Of a DNA stretch of 64,000 nt, positions 30,143 through 40,812 are shown piece after piece. Below the pieces are notes generated by a model. The model was not told the DNA's origin. It was given only the letters and a program-made list of their open reading frames with translations, and did not search any database. Origin of the DNA: Candidatus Poribacteria bacterium (GTDB taxonomy: Bacteria; Poribacteria; WGA-4E; WGA-3G); the NCBI GenBank assembly GCA_965205015.1, contig OZ242029.1, forward strand, positions 480,001-544,000. The letters are read 5' to 3'. Positions within the stretch are counted from its first letter, which is position 1. Every line of letters begins with the position of its first letter. The translations under genes and the position numbers were made by a program.

Positions 30143-33121
30143 GTGGAAAGAGAAAATGATGCGCAACTCATTCAAGATACGTTGGCCGGTAATGATGAAG
30201 CCTTTAATGCCTTGGTGCGAAAGTACCAAAAGAGCGTTCACGCCCTTGCCTGGCGAAAAATCGGTGATTTTCAGGACGCTGAGGAGGTAACCCAAGACAC
30301 TTTCCTTCGCGCATACAAAAACCTCTCAACGCTCAAGAATCCTCATCAATTCGCTGGATGGCTGTATGTCATTGCAAACCGGCTTTGTCTCAATTGGATT
30401 CAAAAACAGAAATCTGCCATACAATCCTTAGAGGACACGCCTATGAAAGAAATCGAGAATGCGTCGTATACACATTATGAATCCGAGCGACGTGAAACAG
30501 CAGCCGGCGAGTATCGCCTTGAACGCGCCAAAAAACTGCTCGCAAAACTGCCGGAGAGTGAACGCACTGTCGTCACCCTCTACTATCTTGGTGAGATGAC
30601 CACTCGGGAGATTAGCAGATTCTTGGGAGTGTCCGTAAACACCATCACCAGTCGCCTCCAGCGCGGACGAAAGCGTTTACAAGACAATCAAGAACATCTC
30701 ATCAAAGAAGTCCTCGGCGGCAGACAGATACCGGCGCGTTTAAGCGAGGGCATCAAGCGGCAAATCGCCGATATGAAACCCACACCTTCGCCCGCTGGAA
30801 AACCGCTGTTACCCTGGAGTGCTTTCGGCACGGCTGTGGTCGTAATTATATTGATGCTCGGGGTTAGCAGCCGATATCTTGTCCGCTTTCAGAGACCCTA
30901 CAACTTCGAGGCACAATCTGAACCGACCATTGAAATCATTGAGGCACCTATCGTTTTTGATGTCAAATCGAAACCCGATGTGCGAAAGCAGGTCGGACGC
31001 ACAACATCCTCAGACAAAAGCATGGGAGCCAGCCTGCAGCCTTTTGAGGACGTTTCAACATCTAATGTACAAGACGATTCCGCTAAATTTTCCAGAGCAC
31101 AGTGGATACAGGGAAATACACCACCAGGGGGGCATGTCCGCAACATCTTCGCTGGACCTGAAGGCACGCTGTATGCTGTTTCACCAACAGGGTTGTACAG
31201 ATTTACAGTCGGTGCGACCGCATGGACACGCATGAACGCAAATGTCCCGATTGATAAATCTTTCATGCCGATGGCAGCATCTAAAGGTACCCTTTATATC
31301 GTCTCTGTCGATGAAATATTTACCTCGGGTGACAGAGGTGAGACGTGGAATCCGATAGGTTCTCGACCCAAGGGATATGCTGTTGGGCTTATCATCAGGG
31401 ATTCACTACATACGCCGATTACGATGTATCTTGCACTCCAAGATAAAGGAGTTTTCCGTTCTACAGACGAGGGCATAAAATGGGATACCCTCAATGACGG
31501 ACTGAGAAACGAAAGGATTTCTGCCATAGCGGCCGTTGGAGAAATAGTGTTTGTTGGTACGAACCGCGGCCTCTACCGCCTCGATTCAGATATTTGGAAA
31601 AAGTTGCCGGTCGGTGCGTCACAAACCGTCTATTCCTTGGCAGTCTTTAATAATAATCTCTATGTTGCCACGGGACCTGATCTACCCCATCACGACTCAG
31701 ATATTTGGAAAAAGTTGCCGGTAGATGCGTCACAAACCGTCTATTCCTTGGCAGTCTTTAACAATAATCTTCATGCTGAAACAGGTCCCTATCGACTCGG
31801 ATTCACGCCAATAAAGGTAGGGAAACCAGAGGCCCCGAAAAGCGAGTCACATTCAGTTAGAATCTTCCACTCGGCTGACTTGGGAGCGTCATGGACCGAA
31901 ATAACGCATATAGATAAAACTGACTCGCAGGCGGAAGCATCCGGTATAACCATTTTAGCTGCCGGTAAAACGATCTTAGCCCTGGGAGCCACACAATCTC
32001 GTTCGACAGATGGTGGACATACATGGACAGAGTTTGAAATTGACACGGATAGGCACATGACCCACAGTCTTCCGGTATCCGTAGCGGCGAACGAGACGAC
32101 ATTTTACAAAGCGGGTGCATCCGGTATTCATCGCACCACTGATAGCGGTAAATCGTGGCATCTATTTATGGATGGAATAGCAGGAACACGGGCAAACAAC
32201 CTGATTGTTTTCAACAACAGATTATATGCCCATACCGGCTACGAAGTTTATCAATCAACAGATGAAGGTGGGACTTGGAAAAAACTTTCGATCGCCAGGG
32301 AGCCTGCTACGAAGGAGACGCCGTCTGACCCCTTAAAACAGGACAGGTTAGGCGTCTATACCTCTTTCGATTCACAGTTAATGGTTGACGGTAACACACT
32401 TTATTTTGTTTCACCTGAAAGGCACCTCTTGCGAATTTACCGTTTATCTGCAGACGGCAATACGCTCATCCCAGTTCAAGACTTTTCGACTTCTGATCAT
32501 GAATCCGTATCTTCTCTGCCTGAAAAAGAGATGAAAGTCAAAGCGATTGTCGTCAGTAACAGTGTGTTCTACGCGGAATACAGACAAAGACTTTTCAAAC
32601 GGAAACTCGGAGATCCGAAATGGACAGATACCGGACTGATAAACACTGATAAACCGCCGAATGCGAATACTGGTTTCAAGGTAGCAATTTCAGAAGAAAC
32701 CGTCTACGTCGGTAAGCGAGATGGTCGACTGTTTCAATCGCTGGATAACGGAAAAAACTGGAAAGACATTACGCTGAGTCTGCCCCTTCGCTTTACGCAC
32801 TTCAACGAGATCCTCTTTGTCGGTTCAACGGTTTATGTCGCAACAGACGCAGGTGTTTTGGCTTCACAAACCGGCGAACACTGGCATGTAATCACTGATA
32901 ACTTCGGAGAGCGTCCCATTATAGACAAATTTGCTATAGAGGGTATCACCGTTTACAGTGCTGGCGATGCGGGCGTCTACCGTCTGGATAAACTCGGTAA
33001 ATGGAAGCAGATTTCCTCAGAAGTTTTAGGTGAAGTTATTTCGCTCGCCGTCATTAACAATCGACTCTATACCGCCATTAATGCGCGCGGGATTTTTCAT
33101 ATCTCACTCGGTGAAGAATAG
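30143..33121 (+). CDS. ECF sigma factor fused via TM helix to a BNR/Asp-box beta-propeller
   Basis: sigma2 (AEEVTQDTF, FAGWLYVIA), sigma4 (LPESER, EISRFLGVS), TM helix, repeated SxDxGxxW boxes. Confidence 0.88.
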   Translation: MERENDAQLIQDTLAGNDEAFNALVRKYQKSVHALAWRKIGDFQDAEEVTQDTFLRAYKNLSTLKNPHQFAGWLYVIANRLCLNWIQKQKSAIQSLEDTPMKEIENASYTHYESERRETAAGEYRLERAKKLLAKLPESERTVVTLYYLGEMTTREISRFLGVSVNTITSRLQRGRKRLQDNQEHLIKEVLGGRQIPARLSEGIKRQIADMKPTPSPAGKPLLPWSAFGTAVVVIILMLGVSSRYLVRFQRPYNFEAQSEPTIEIIEAPIVFDVKSKPDVRKQVGRTTSSDKSMGASLQPFEDVSTSNVQDDSAKFSRAQWIQGNTPPGGHVRNIFAGPEGTLYAVSPTGLYRFTVGATAWTRMNANVPIDKSFMPMAASKGTLYIVSVDEIFTSGDRGETWNPIGSRPKGYAVGLIIRDSLHTPITMYLALQDKGVFRSTDEGIKWDTLNDGLRNERISAIAAVGEIVFVGTNRGLYRLDSDIWKKLPVGASQTVYSLAVFNNNLYVATGPDLPHHDSDIWKKLPVDASQTVYSLAVFNNNLHAETGPYRLGFTPIKVGKPEAPKSESHSVRIFHSADLGASWTEITHIDKTDSQAEASGITILAAGKTILALGATQSRSTDGGHTWTEFEIDTDRHMTHSLPVSVAANETTFYKAGASGIHRTTDSGKSWHLFMDGIAGTRANNLIVFNNRLYAHTGYEVYQSTDEGGTWKKLSIAREPATKETPSDPLKQDRLGVYTSFDSQLMVDGNTLYFVSPERHLLRIYRLSADGNTLIPVQDFSTSDHESVSSLPEKEMKVKAIVVSNSVFYAEYRQRLFKRKLGDPKWTDTGLINTDKPPNANTGFKVAISEETVYVGKRDGRLFQSLDNGKNWKDITLSLPLRFTHFNEILFVGSTVYVATDAGVLASQTGEHWHVITDNFGERPIIDKFAIEGITVYSAGDAGVYRLDKLGKWKQISSEVLGEVISLAVINNRLYTAINARGIFHISLGEE
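31583..31788 (+). repeat. Intragenic tandem duplication, 111-nt period
   Basis: DSDIWKKLPV(G/D)ASQTVYSLAVFNNNL encoded twice with near-identical DNA, starting at 31583 and 31694. Confidence 0.9.
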
Positions 33122-33145
33122 TTCACTTAATTTGGTATTACAGAT

Positions 33146-34087
33146 ATGGATTTCATTAAAGCACTCTCCACAGATAACTTGACCGCTATCAGAGCAGCCC
33201 CTAAAACCGACGTTCATTGCCACGCATTCTTCAGTACACGATTAGAGAATGTCGAACGTTGGATAGGGCATTCCCTAACGAAGCCACCTCCCAAGATGAA
33301 AGGGGTTGAGGGAATGATGGCGTATGCGGACGCGGTCTTAGCAGCACCCATAAAACACCGTGAAGGTTTCGAGTTTGTCGCGGTGTCAGCGATGGAGGAT
33401 GCCGTCCAAGATGGTGTTATCATGCTTGAAATGAGCTTCGACATCCGTCTGGTAGGGTTCTATCCTGACGGGGTGGCTGGGCTTTGCGCGTTTATTGAGA
33501 CATTGGTTGAGCGATATCGGGGACAGACAGATTTACGTCCAGAACTCGGCTTTTCTCGTGGAGATGCTGACGATCCGAAACTGATGACATTGGCGCACGA
33601 AGCAGTAGAATTAGGTTTTTTTCGCTCAATTGATCTCTATAGCCGTCAAGAGATCTGTCCACCTGCGGTTATGAAGCCGTTGTTTACACAAGCACGCGTA
33701 GCAGGAATGAAACTTAAAGCACACGTTGGTGAATTTGAAGACGCGGAGGAAATCCGACGAACTGTTGAAGTTCTCAATTTAGACGAGGTCCAGCACGGTA
33801 TCGCTGCCGCAGCATCGACAGAAGTTATGCGCTGGCTCTCGGAGAATCAGATACAATTAAACGTCTGTCCAACGAGCAACGTAATGTTGGACGGTGTGTC
33901 GGATCTCGCCTCACACCCGATTCGCGTTTTATATGATAACGGCGTGCCGGTGACAATCAACACGGACGATCTGATGATATTCGGTCAGAGTGTCTCCGAA
34001 GAGTATCGGAACCTCTACCGTGCAGGCGTCTTCAGCGCGCAGGAGTTAGACGATATTCGACGCGTGTCCCTTGAAGTCCTTGATTGA
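33146..34087 (+). CDS. Adenosine/adenine deaminase family protein (copy 2)
   Basis: PKTDVHCH, KAHVGE, QHGI, NTDD; close paralog of 24255..25208. Confidence 0.9.
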   Translation: MDFIKALSTDNLTAIRAAPKTDVHCHAFFSTRLENVERWIGHSLTKPPPKMKGVEGMMAYADAVLAAPIKHREGFEFVAVSAMEDAVQDGVIMLEMSFDIRLVGFYPDGVAGLCAFIETLVERYRGQTDLRPELGFSRGDADDPKLMTLAHEAVELGFFRSIDLYSRQEICPPAVMKPLFTQARVAGMKLKAHVGEFEDAEEIRRTVEVLNLDEVQHGIAAAASTEVMRWLSENQIQLNVCPTSNVMLDGVSDLASHPIRVLYDNGVPVTINTDDLMIFGQSVSEEYRNLYRAGVFSAQELDDIRRVSLEVLD

Positions 34088-34126
34088 TACCCCAAAATTG
34101 GGAGGATACTTCTAAACTTGCTATGG

Positions 34127-35206
34127 TTACTCAACCCTGGGTTGTCTTGCAGTTGGGTTTCTTTGTAAACGGACTTTTGAGTCTTTCAACGGAAGTTCAA
34201 TACGTGCACCGTTGTGTAGATGTGATTCAATGATGCCAAAAATCAGTTCCGTGCTGGCATACGCGCACCGGACCCCGCCTCGGGTCGGTTCACCTGTATC
34301 TAATGCGTGAACAAGGTCTTTAACCAAGTTGGCTGTGCTACTGGTACGTTCAAATTCAGGAAAAGTTTCAGGTACCTGACATGCCCGCCACCCCGGTACA
34401 TCTTGCTGTTTACGGAGATGCCACTGCCAACCGTTGTTCCAGCACGTAACGGTTCCACTATCACAAATTGCTTCCCATTCACTACTGCGTGGGGTTAGCA
34501 GCGCATGTGCCGTCACACCATTTTCAAACTGGATCGTTCCCCCGCCAGACGGATCAACTCGCAGTTCATCGCCATCAAAAACCGAATCGCCTTGTGGTAG
34601 ATAGCCTGTGATCCAACTCGCAGACGCATCACTATTCAAACGTAAAATTAGGTCGAAGTGATGGCTGGCTGAGTTGAAAAGTGTGCCGTTTGAATAGATA
34701 ATCAAGGTGCGTAGATTACCGATTTCACCACTGTCAATGACCTCTTTCATCTTGTCGAAACCTGTATGCCACCGGCGATTCGTGCCGAGGTTAAAGGCAA
34801 CGTTGTTTTCTTCTACCGCCGATACCATTGCGGCTGCCTCGTCCATAGAAGCCGCCATCGCCTTTTCTGCATAGATGGCTTTCACACCGTGTTCCGCTGC
34901 GTAAATAACAATTTCGGCGCGATGCTCGGGTTGTGTGGCAACGCTGACGATATCAGGCTGTTCTTTTTCCAGCATGTCACGATAATCGGTGTATTGATTC
35001 GCTTTTGGAACATTATATCGGTTCCCAAAATGTTCCATAACTTCTGGACGCAGATCCGCACATGCGACAAGGTCGGTTCGCTCTTCGGCAAAAAAGCCTG
35101 CAGCATGGGAATACGGTAACATAATCGCTTCGTAATCGGGGACTTCGTTATCAATAAATGCCCCCATCCGGCTACAACCGATAACAGCAGCACGATACGT
35201 TTTCAT
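34127..35206 (-). CDS. Gfo/Idh/MocA family oxidoreductase
   Basis: AAVIGCSRMG, PDIVSVAT, EKAM; start moved to ATG 35206 with GAGGAG RBS. Confidence 0.88.
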   Translation of the reverse strand: MKTYRAAVIGCSRMGAFIDNEVPDYEAIMLPYSHAAGFFAEERTDLVACADLRPEVMEHFGNRYNVPKANQYTDYRDMLEKEQPDIVSVATQPEHRAEIVIYAAEHGVKAIYAEKAMAASMDEAAAMVSAVEENNVAFNLGTNRRWHTGFDKMKEVIDSGEIGNLRTLIIYSNGTLFNSASHHFDLILRLNSDASASWITGYLPQGDSVFDGDELRVDPSGGGTIQFENGVTAHALLTPRSSEWEAICDSGTVTCWNNGWQWHLRKQQDVPGWRACQVPETFPEFERTSSTANLVKDLVHALDTGEPTRGGVRCAYASTELIFGIIESHLHNGARIELPLKDSKVRLQRNPTARQPRVE

Positions 35207-35282
35207 CGGTATTCTCCTCATCCTGAATAAAATAATTTGATAGGTCCTTCCACCGCGTTCGATCAATCGCTCACTCATCAGA

Positions 35283-35311
35283 AGAATAACCAATTTCCGA
35301 AAACACGTCAA
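35283..35311 (-). promoter_or_regulatory. Putative sigma70 promoter of the Gfo/Idh/MocA gene
   Basis: Minus strand TTGACG-N17-TATTCT. Confidence 0.5.
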
Positions 35312-35476
35312 GAAAAATCAGCACATCGTTCACATGATGCCTCCTAAAGTGCATCCAAAATTGTATGTAGATGAAACATTATCACGTTTTAGCAGAGCCT
35401 TAACAAACGTTTCTTTGAATCATTCGCAAAAATTTGAAGCGATTCGGGGTAGACAACACAAAGGGAATTGAAGCCT

Positions 35477-36679
35477 ATGGCAATGTCTGTTTACGCTGGC
35501 ACAACTTTAAGTGAAGCAGAAAAGATTATCGCAGGCGATTACTCGGCTTTTGATTGGCGGGAGCACGTCACCTATAGCAGGGTTTACCTCGATATGAATC
35601 CAGCGATTCGGGATGCCGAAAACGCCGTTGACACCGACCAAGACAAACCCGTTGTTGTCGCACTGCTGCTCAAATCAGAGAAGATGCTCGTCAAAGACCG
35701 AGTCAGACGTCTCAGTGCGATCAAAGCCGCACGCATTATACCGGACGAGGAACTCCTCAAACGGACAGGCTATCTCTTCGATAACGAAAAATTGATCGGA
35801 CTTCCCGAAGGTATCGTGATGCGTGCCAGCAACGGTGTTTACATCGTGCAGTGCGATGCGGATCAATATCAATGTTCGCTACGCGGAAAACGAGATGCCT
35901 TTAGCACAAATCAGCAGGTTTATGTTGGGGACCGCGTCAAAATTCAGGTGATTGATGAAACGCATGGCACGATTGCAGCCGTTATGCGCCGCAAGAGCCA
36001 ATATAAACGAAAGGGAACGCAGTCCAAACGGGTTATTCTTATTCCAAATCTCGATGGGCTTGTCATCGTTTCTTCTGTAAAAGAACCGCCCATCTGGCAA
36101 CGCATGCTGGACGGATTCCTTGTTATCGCCGAGGCATCCGGAATTGAACCGCTTATCTGTTTCAATAAAATTGATATGCTCGAAAATCGATTGGAAGTGG
36201 AGTCGATAGCAACAGTTTACCAAAAAATCGGTTATCGGACACTCCTCACGAGTGCGACGACCGGCGAGGGAATCGAGGACTTGAAAGCGTGGATGAAAGG
36301 GAAAATTTCGGCATTCACAGGATTATCGGGAGTCGGAAAATCTTCGCTCCTGAATGCCATTCAGCCCAATTTGAAACTGAAAACGAACACAGTGAATCCG
36401 AGACGAGGCGGAAGACACACGACGGTTGCAACCCAACTTTACAATTTGGATTTCGGCGGTTTTATCGCCGATACACCGGGGCTGCGAGAATTAAACTTTT
36501 GGGACATCGAGCCGCGCTTGATGGACCGCTATTTTCCAGAGATGAACTCACTCCGAGAGCATTGCACTAACAGCTCCTGCGGGCATATTGATGAGAAAGG
36601 CTGTCGCGTGGAAGATGCCCTGAAAAAAGGGGACATCTCACAGTCTCGGTATGAAAGTTACCGTGAATTTCGAAAATAG
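35477..36679 (+). CDS. rsgA: Ribosome small subunit-dependent GTPase A with N-terminal extension
   Basis: OB fold (VGDRV), circularly permuted NKID / SA / GLSGVGKSS / GRHTT / DTPG, CxxxxCxHxxExGC Zn finger. Confidence 0.88.
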   Translation: MAMSVYAGTTLSEAEKIIAGDYSAFDWREHVTYSRVYLDMNPAIRDAENAVDTDQDKPVVVALLLKSEKMLVKDRVRRLSAIKAARIIPDEELLKRTGYLFDNEKLIGLPEGIVMRASNGVYIVQCDADQYQCSLRGKRDAFSTNQQVYVGDRVKIQVIDETHGTIAAVMRRKSQYKRKGTQSKRVILIPNLDGLVIVSSVKEPPIWQRMLDGFLVIAEASGIEPLICFNKIDMLENRLEVESIATVYQKIGYRTLLTSATTGEGIEDLKAWMKGKISAFTGLSGVGKSSLLNAIQPNLKLKTNTVNPRRGGRHTTVATQLYNLDFGGFIADTPGLRELNFWDIEPRLMDRYFPEMNSLREHCTNSSCGHIDEKGCRVEDALKKGDISQSRYESYREFRK

Positions 36680-36723
36680 AGCGATTAGTATAAACACAAG
36701 AGGTTTGGACTTCCCTCCGCGCT

Positions 36724-36744
36724 GGCGAGGTTTCCTAACCTCGC
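36724..36744 (+). repeat. REP-like palindrome, GGCGAGGTT-TCCT-AACCTCGC family
   Basis: Identical core also at 40956 and 63325. Confidence 0.85.
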
Positions 36745-36766
36745 AACTATCATTGGTGATTACGGA

Positions 36767-37480
36767 GTGAAATCTGTGAGTGAAAAATTATGTATCATGA
36801 CGGCTTACGCCGACGAAACACATACACTCCTGAACGTCTTGGGTCAGGAGGTTGGGGATTCGGTTGACTGGAACAGTAGACTCCAGTTTGAAGGGTCGGA
36901 TGGAGACAAAAAATGGGTCGTCATGCAGTCAGGGATGGGCAAAGTCCGCGCGGCATCGATGTGCCAAATGATAATAGACACATATCAGGTAGACACCTTC
37001 TTTGAGTTCGGATTTGCCGGTGGATTGGTCGATACCCTGGATATCGGAGACATCGTCGTGATTACGGGTGTCTCTGAACACGACGTGCCGAATCGATCAG
37101 AAATTCAGCGCGAGCAAGATGAATGGAGAGCGCGTCTTTTTCAGGCTTCTGCACCTTCAATAAGCACATTCGCAACTACCTTATCAACGGATCCCAATGT
37201 TACAATTACAAAAGCCCCTGTAATCTGCGGAGATATGGACGTATATAACCGTGCAGTGAGGGACAAAATCGCAGTAGAGAGTGGAGCCGTCGCAGTGAAT
37301 TGGGAATCGTCGGCGATTGTGGATGTCTGCGCGCTTAACAACGTCAAATACGTCGGCATCCGCGTCATATCCGATCTGTGTATCGAAGAGGATAGCGGAC
37401 CTATCCCAAAGGAACGGATTGAACGCTTGCATGAATCAACCAAAACTTACGTAAATGCTTTAGTGGATTTCAATAATTGA
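36767..37480 (+). CDS. 5'-methylthioadenosine/SAH nucleosidase family (PNP_UDP_1)
   Basis: SGMGKVRAA, GFAGG, IGDIVV, NWESSA, IRVISD. Confidence 0.8.
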   Translation: MKSVSEKLCIMTAYADETHTLLNVLGQEVGDSVDWNSRLQFEGSDGDKKWVVMQSGMGKVRAASMCQMIIDTYQVDTFFEFGFAGGLVDTLDIGDIVVITGVSEHDVPNRSEIQREQDEWRARLFQASAPSISTFATTLSTDPNVTITKAPVICGDMDVYNRAVRDKIAVESGAVAVNWESSAIVDVCALNNVKYVGIRVISDLCIEEDSGPIPKERIERLHESTKTYVNALVDFNN

Positions 37481-37525
37481 TTTGGTACAAGTCGCTTTAG
37501 AATTTCGATTTAGACAACTGTGAAT

Positions 37526-37554
37526 TTGACATCCATCTCACATTATGATAGGAT
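37526..37554 (+). promoter_or_regulatory. Putative sigma70 promoter
   Basis: TTGACA-N17-TAGGAT with extended -10 TG; AGGAGG RBS downstream. Confidence 0.55.
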
Positions 37555-37599
37555 ACGGCATTAGCGATAGAACCAACCAGCGATTAGGAGGAATACCAC

Positions 37600-39936
37600 A
37601 TGCGATGCCCAACAAATCGAGACAACACTCTTGCCAAAAAAGGAGTTCGCAGTCCACTTTACTTGATACTTATCAGTTGGATGCTGTTTTCAGTTGTTAT
37701 TTCCGTAGGTTTCACCGATGAATTGAGCCTCGTTACTGAAGTGGAGTTTCAACCCTTTGCATCAGCGACCCAACGACTCATTGAGGCGTTGGATTATCTC
37801 GGTTCACCCCTCTCTGAAGAAGACCTTTCAATAATCAAGGAAGCCTTGATCTCCGATGATCACACACAGGCGATTGTTGATATCCAAAAAACGCTTGACG
37901 CATACTGTTTAGCAGGTGTCAATATCAATCCTGAAAGCCGCGTGAAGGTGAAGGAAGGTCCGGTAGACAAGGAACTGATGCAGCGGGGTTGGCGCACCTT
38001 TTTAGTAAAAGTCCACAACGAGGCCGGCGTGACAGCCCCCTTAGCCGCAGAGAGTGGGAACGCGGCGCCCCTATATAAGCGTTCCACTGGAAGGCCTGAC
38101 CCAGAGATGACTGTACCAAAAAGCGATATTCCGCACCGGTTTCTCGATATTGTGGTCTATTCTAACCCGCCCTTGAAGGCGAGCCTTTCCGGACTGGAAT
38201 TGGAATATCGTATTGTTCAACTCTATAGCCGCGATGCCGGCAAACGGGAAGCGATGCTCGGTTTCAACGTCGGTCAAGGGACCCAAGACATCGGCTTCCG
38301 CAGCGAAGTTCCTATCCTATTCGACTGTGTACCGGCGGTAAACGTAACGCTTGAAGTCTTGGACTTCGACGGAAAACCGACAACCGCGGGTTTTATCATT
38401 CGAGACGAATTGAACCGCGTGTATCCATCGCGCGGGCGACGCTTGGCACCCGATTTCTTTTTTCATAACCAAATCTATCGGCACAACGGCGAATCGGTGC
38501 TTCTACCACCCGGAAAATATAAGGTCGAGTACACACGAGGACCGGAATACCGAGTCAAGACCCAAACCATTACCGTCCCGAATACCGAAACACATCAAGA
38601 GACATTTCATTTGGAAAGATGGATCCATATCGCAGCGGAAGGCTGGCGTTCCGGGGATCATCACGTCCATGCCGCGGGTTGCGCCCACTACGAAAGCCCT
38701 ACCGAGGGTGTCACACCGGAAGACATGATGCGACACATTCTCGGAGAGGATCTCAACGTCGGGTGCGTCCTCTCGTGGGGACCCTGTTGGTATTACCAGA
38801 AGCAGTTTTTCGAGGGCAAAATCCACGAACTCTCGACCGATGACTACGTGATCCGCTACGATGTGGAGGTTTCCGGCTTCCCTTCCTCACACGCAGGACA
38901 TCTCTCGTTGCTTGCCTTGACTGAAGACGACTACAACGGTACCGAGCGCATTGAAGAATGGCCGAGTTGGGACCTCCCCATCCTCCAATGGGCGAAAGAA
39001 CAGGGCGCGGTAACGGGCTTCAGTCACAGCGGTTGGGGTTTGAAAGTGGATGGAGACGAGCTCCCCAATTACAACATGCCCCCTTTCGATGGCATCGGTG
39101 CTAACGAGTATATCGTGGATGTCGTTCACGACGTTGTTGATTTCATCTCTACTGTAGACACACCCGCTATTTGGGAATTGAGTATCTGGTATCATACCCT
39201 GAACTGTGGTTTCCGCACTCGAATCAGTGGCGAGACGGATTTCCCTTGCATCTACGGTGAACGCGTCGGATTAGGTCGCATATACGTAAAAATGCCTGCG
39301 GGTTCCCTTGATTTCGATGCGTGGGCAGCAGGATTGCGAGACGGGCGTTCCTACGTCGGCGACGGTAAAAGCCATCTGCTGGACTTCACTGTCGGTGGTG
39401 TGCCAGTTGGCGAAAAGTCACCGACCGGACAACTCAGTCAGTTGGATCTGGAAGCACCCAACACAGTAACCATCACCGCTCGCGTCGCCGCACGGCTCAA
39501 TGAAGCACCTAAGCCTGAGATACAGAACCGTCCGTTGGATCAAAAACCGTACTGGGATATCGAACGGGCACGCATTGCGGAAGAACGGAAAGTGCCTGTT
39601 GAACTCATCGTCAACGGTGAATCCGTCGAGACGCAAGAAATTGTGGCTAACGGTGAAATCATTCCTATTCAATTTGAGGCACCCATTGATAGGTCGAGTT
39701 GGGTGGCGTTACGGATTTTCCCCTCGTCTCATACGAATCCGGTTTTCGTTATTGTCGATGGAAAGCCGATCCGAGCCAGTCGTAGAAGCGCGCAGTGGTG
39801 TTTGGAGGCAGTCGAAGTCTGCTGGAACGCAAAGGTTGATCGCATTCGAGAGGAGGAACGCGAAGCCGCCCGTACGGCATACAACGTAGCATCGCAGACA
39901 TATCAAAAGATTCTCGAAGAATCCGATGTAGACTGA
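37600..39936 (+). CDS. Secreted CehA/McbA-like PHP-fold metallohydrolase
   Basis: RGPEY, WRSGDHHVH, GHL, SHSG, SGETDFPC, GRIYV motifs. Confidence 0.75.
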   Translation: MRCPTNRDNTLAKKGVRSPLYLILISWMLFSVVISVGFTDELSLVTEVEFQPFASATQRLIEALDYLGSPLSEEDLSIIKEALISDDHTQAIVDIQKTLDAYCLAGVNINPESRVKVKEGPVDKELMQRGWRTFLVKVHNEAGVTAPLAAESGNAAPLYKRSTGRPDPEMTVPKSDIPHRFLDIVVYSNPPLKASLSGLELEYRIVQLYSRDAGKREAMLGFNVGQGTQDIGFRSEVPILFDCVPAVNVTLEVLDFDGKPTTAGFIIRDELNRVYPSRGRRLAPDFFFHNQIYRHNGESVLLPPGKYKVEYTRGPEYRVKTQTITVPNTETHQETFHLERWIHIAAEGWRSGDHHVHAAGCAHYESPTEGVTPEDMMRHILGEDLNVGCVLSWGPCWYYQKQFFEGKIHELSTDDYVIRYDVEVSGFPSSHAGHLSLLALTEDDYNGTERIEEWPSWDLPILQWAKEQGAVTGFSHSGWGLKVDGDELPNYNMPPFDGIGANEYIVDVVHDVVDFISTVDTPAIWELSIWYHTLNCGFRTRISGETDFPCIYGERVGLGRIYVKMPAGSLDFDAWAAGLRDGRSYVGDGKSHLLDFTVGGVPVGEKSPTGQLSQLDLEAPNTVTITARVAARLNEAPKPEIQNRPLDQKPYWDIERARIAEERKVPVELIVNGESVETQEIVANGEIIPIQFEAPIDRSSWVALRIFPSSHTNPVFVIVDGKPIRASRRSAQWCLEAVEVCWNAKVDRIREEEREAARTAYNVASQTYQKILEESDVD

Positions 39937-40044
39937 ACCTTTGTAGGGAAAGCGCGTAAGCCCAACCAACGGGCCGGGCTGGATATACGGAACGAACCGA
40001 CTTCTACACAGCCGGGTCCCAACGAACCGCAAGGAAATTAAAAA

Positions 40045-40812
40045 ATGAAACTTACATCCCAAGAGGTCGAACAATTCAGACATGTAGGCTATCTCAACAT
40101 AGAAAAACGACTCATCGACGACGCACACCTTACCGTTTTACGCGAACATTACGACGCGCTGTTCGCAGAGAAACGCGATACCATCGGTGAGGGGTTGCGT
40201 AACCTCGCAGTCGTCGGGGAATCGGAAAGCGATGAAGACGCCGATCGCGCCGAAGAGATGTTGCAGATCATGGAGATGTGGCGTTTGGATGAAGAATATC
40301 GGAATCTACTCTACCATGAACCGCTGTTAGACATCGCAGAGAGTTTAATCGGACCCGACATCCAATTATTCCACGATCAGGCGCTCTACAAACCCGCCTA
40401 TCACGGTGGTGAAGTGTATTGGCATCAGGATAATGCATATTGGCAATGTGATCCGCCCCATCTCGTGAGCATCTGGATAGCTCTTGATGATGCCGACGAG
40501 GAAAACGGTTGTATGAACGTTATTCCCGGCAGTTATTTAGAAGGATTGGCGGCGCATGGACGTGCCGAGTCAGAGAAAGGTAAATTGCCGGCGTTGTTGG
40601 AGGTAAATGCCGATGCGGATCGTGCGGTGCCAGTGCCAGTTAAAGCCGGATGCGGGATGGTTCACCACTGCATGACGCTCCACCAAACCGACCCGAACCG
40701 TTCATCCCGAGACCGCCGGGCGATGGTCCTCCATTACATGCCATCGGGCACGCGAAATCGCGATGGTGAGGTGATGAAAGACCATCCGTTGTTACGCGGC
40801 AAGTTGGCATAG
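40045..40812 (+). CDS. Phytanoyl-CoA dioxygenase (PhyH) family 2OG-Fe(II) oxygenase
   Basis: WHQDNAYW, WIALDDA..ENGC, IPGS, H..LH..PN.S..RR. Confidence 0.9.
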   Translation: MKLTSQEVEQFRHVGYLNIEKRLIDDAHLTVLREHYDALFAEKRDTIGEGLRNLAVVGESESDEDADRAEEMLQIMEMWRLDEEYRNLLYHEPLLDIAESLIGPDIQLFHDQALYKPAYHGGEVYWHQDNAYWQCDPPHLVSIWIALDDADEENGCMNVIPGSYLEGLAAHGRAESEKGKLPALLEVNADADRAVPVPVKAGCGMVHHCMTLHQTDPNRSSRDRRAMVLHYMPSGTRNRDGEVMKDHPLLRGKLA

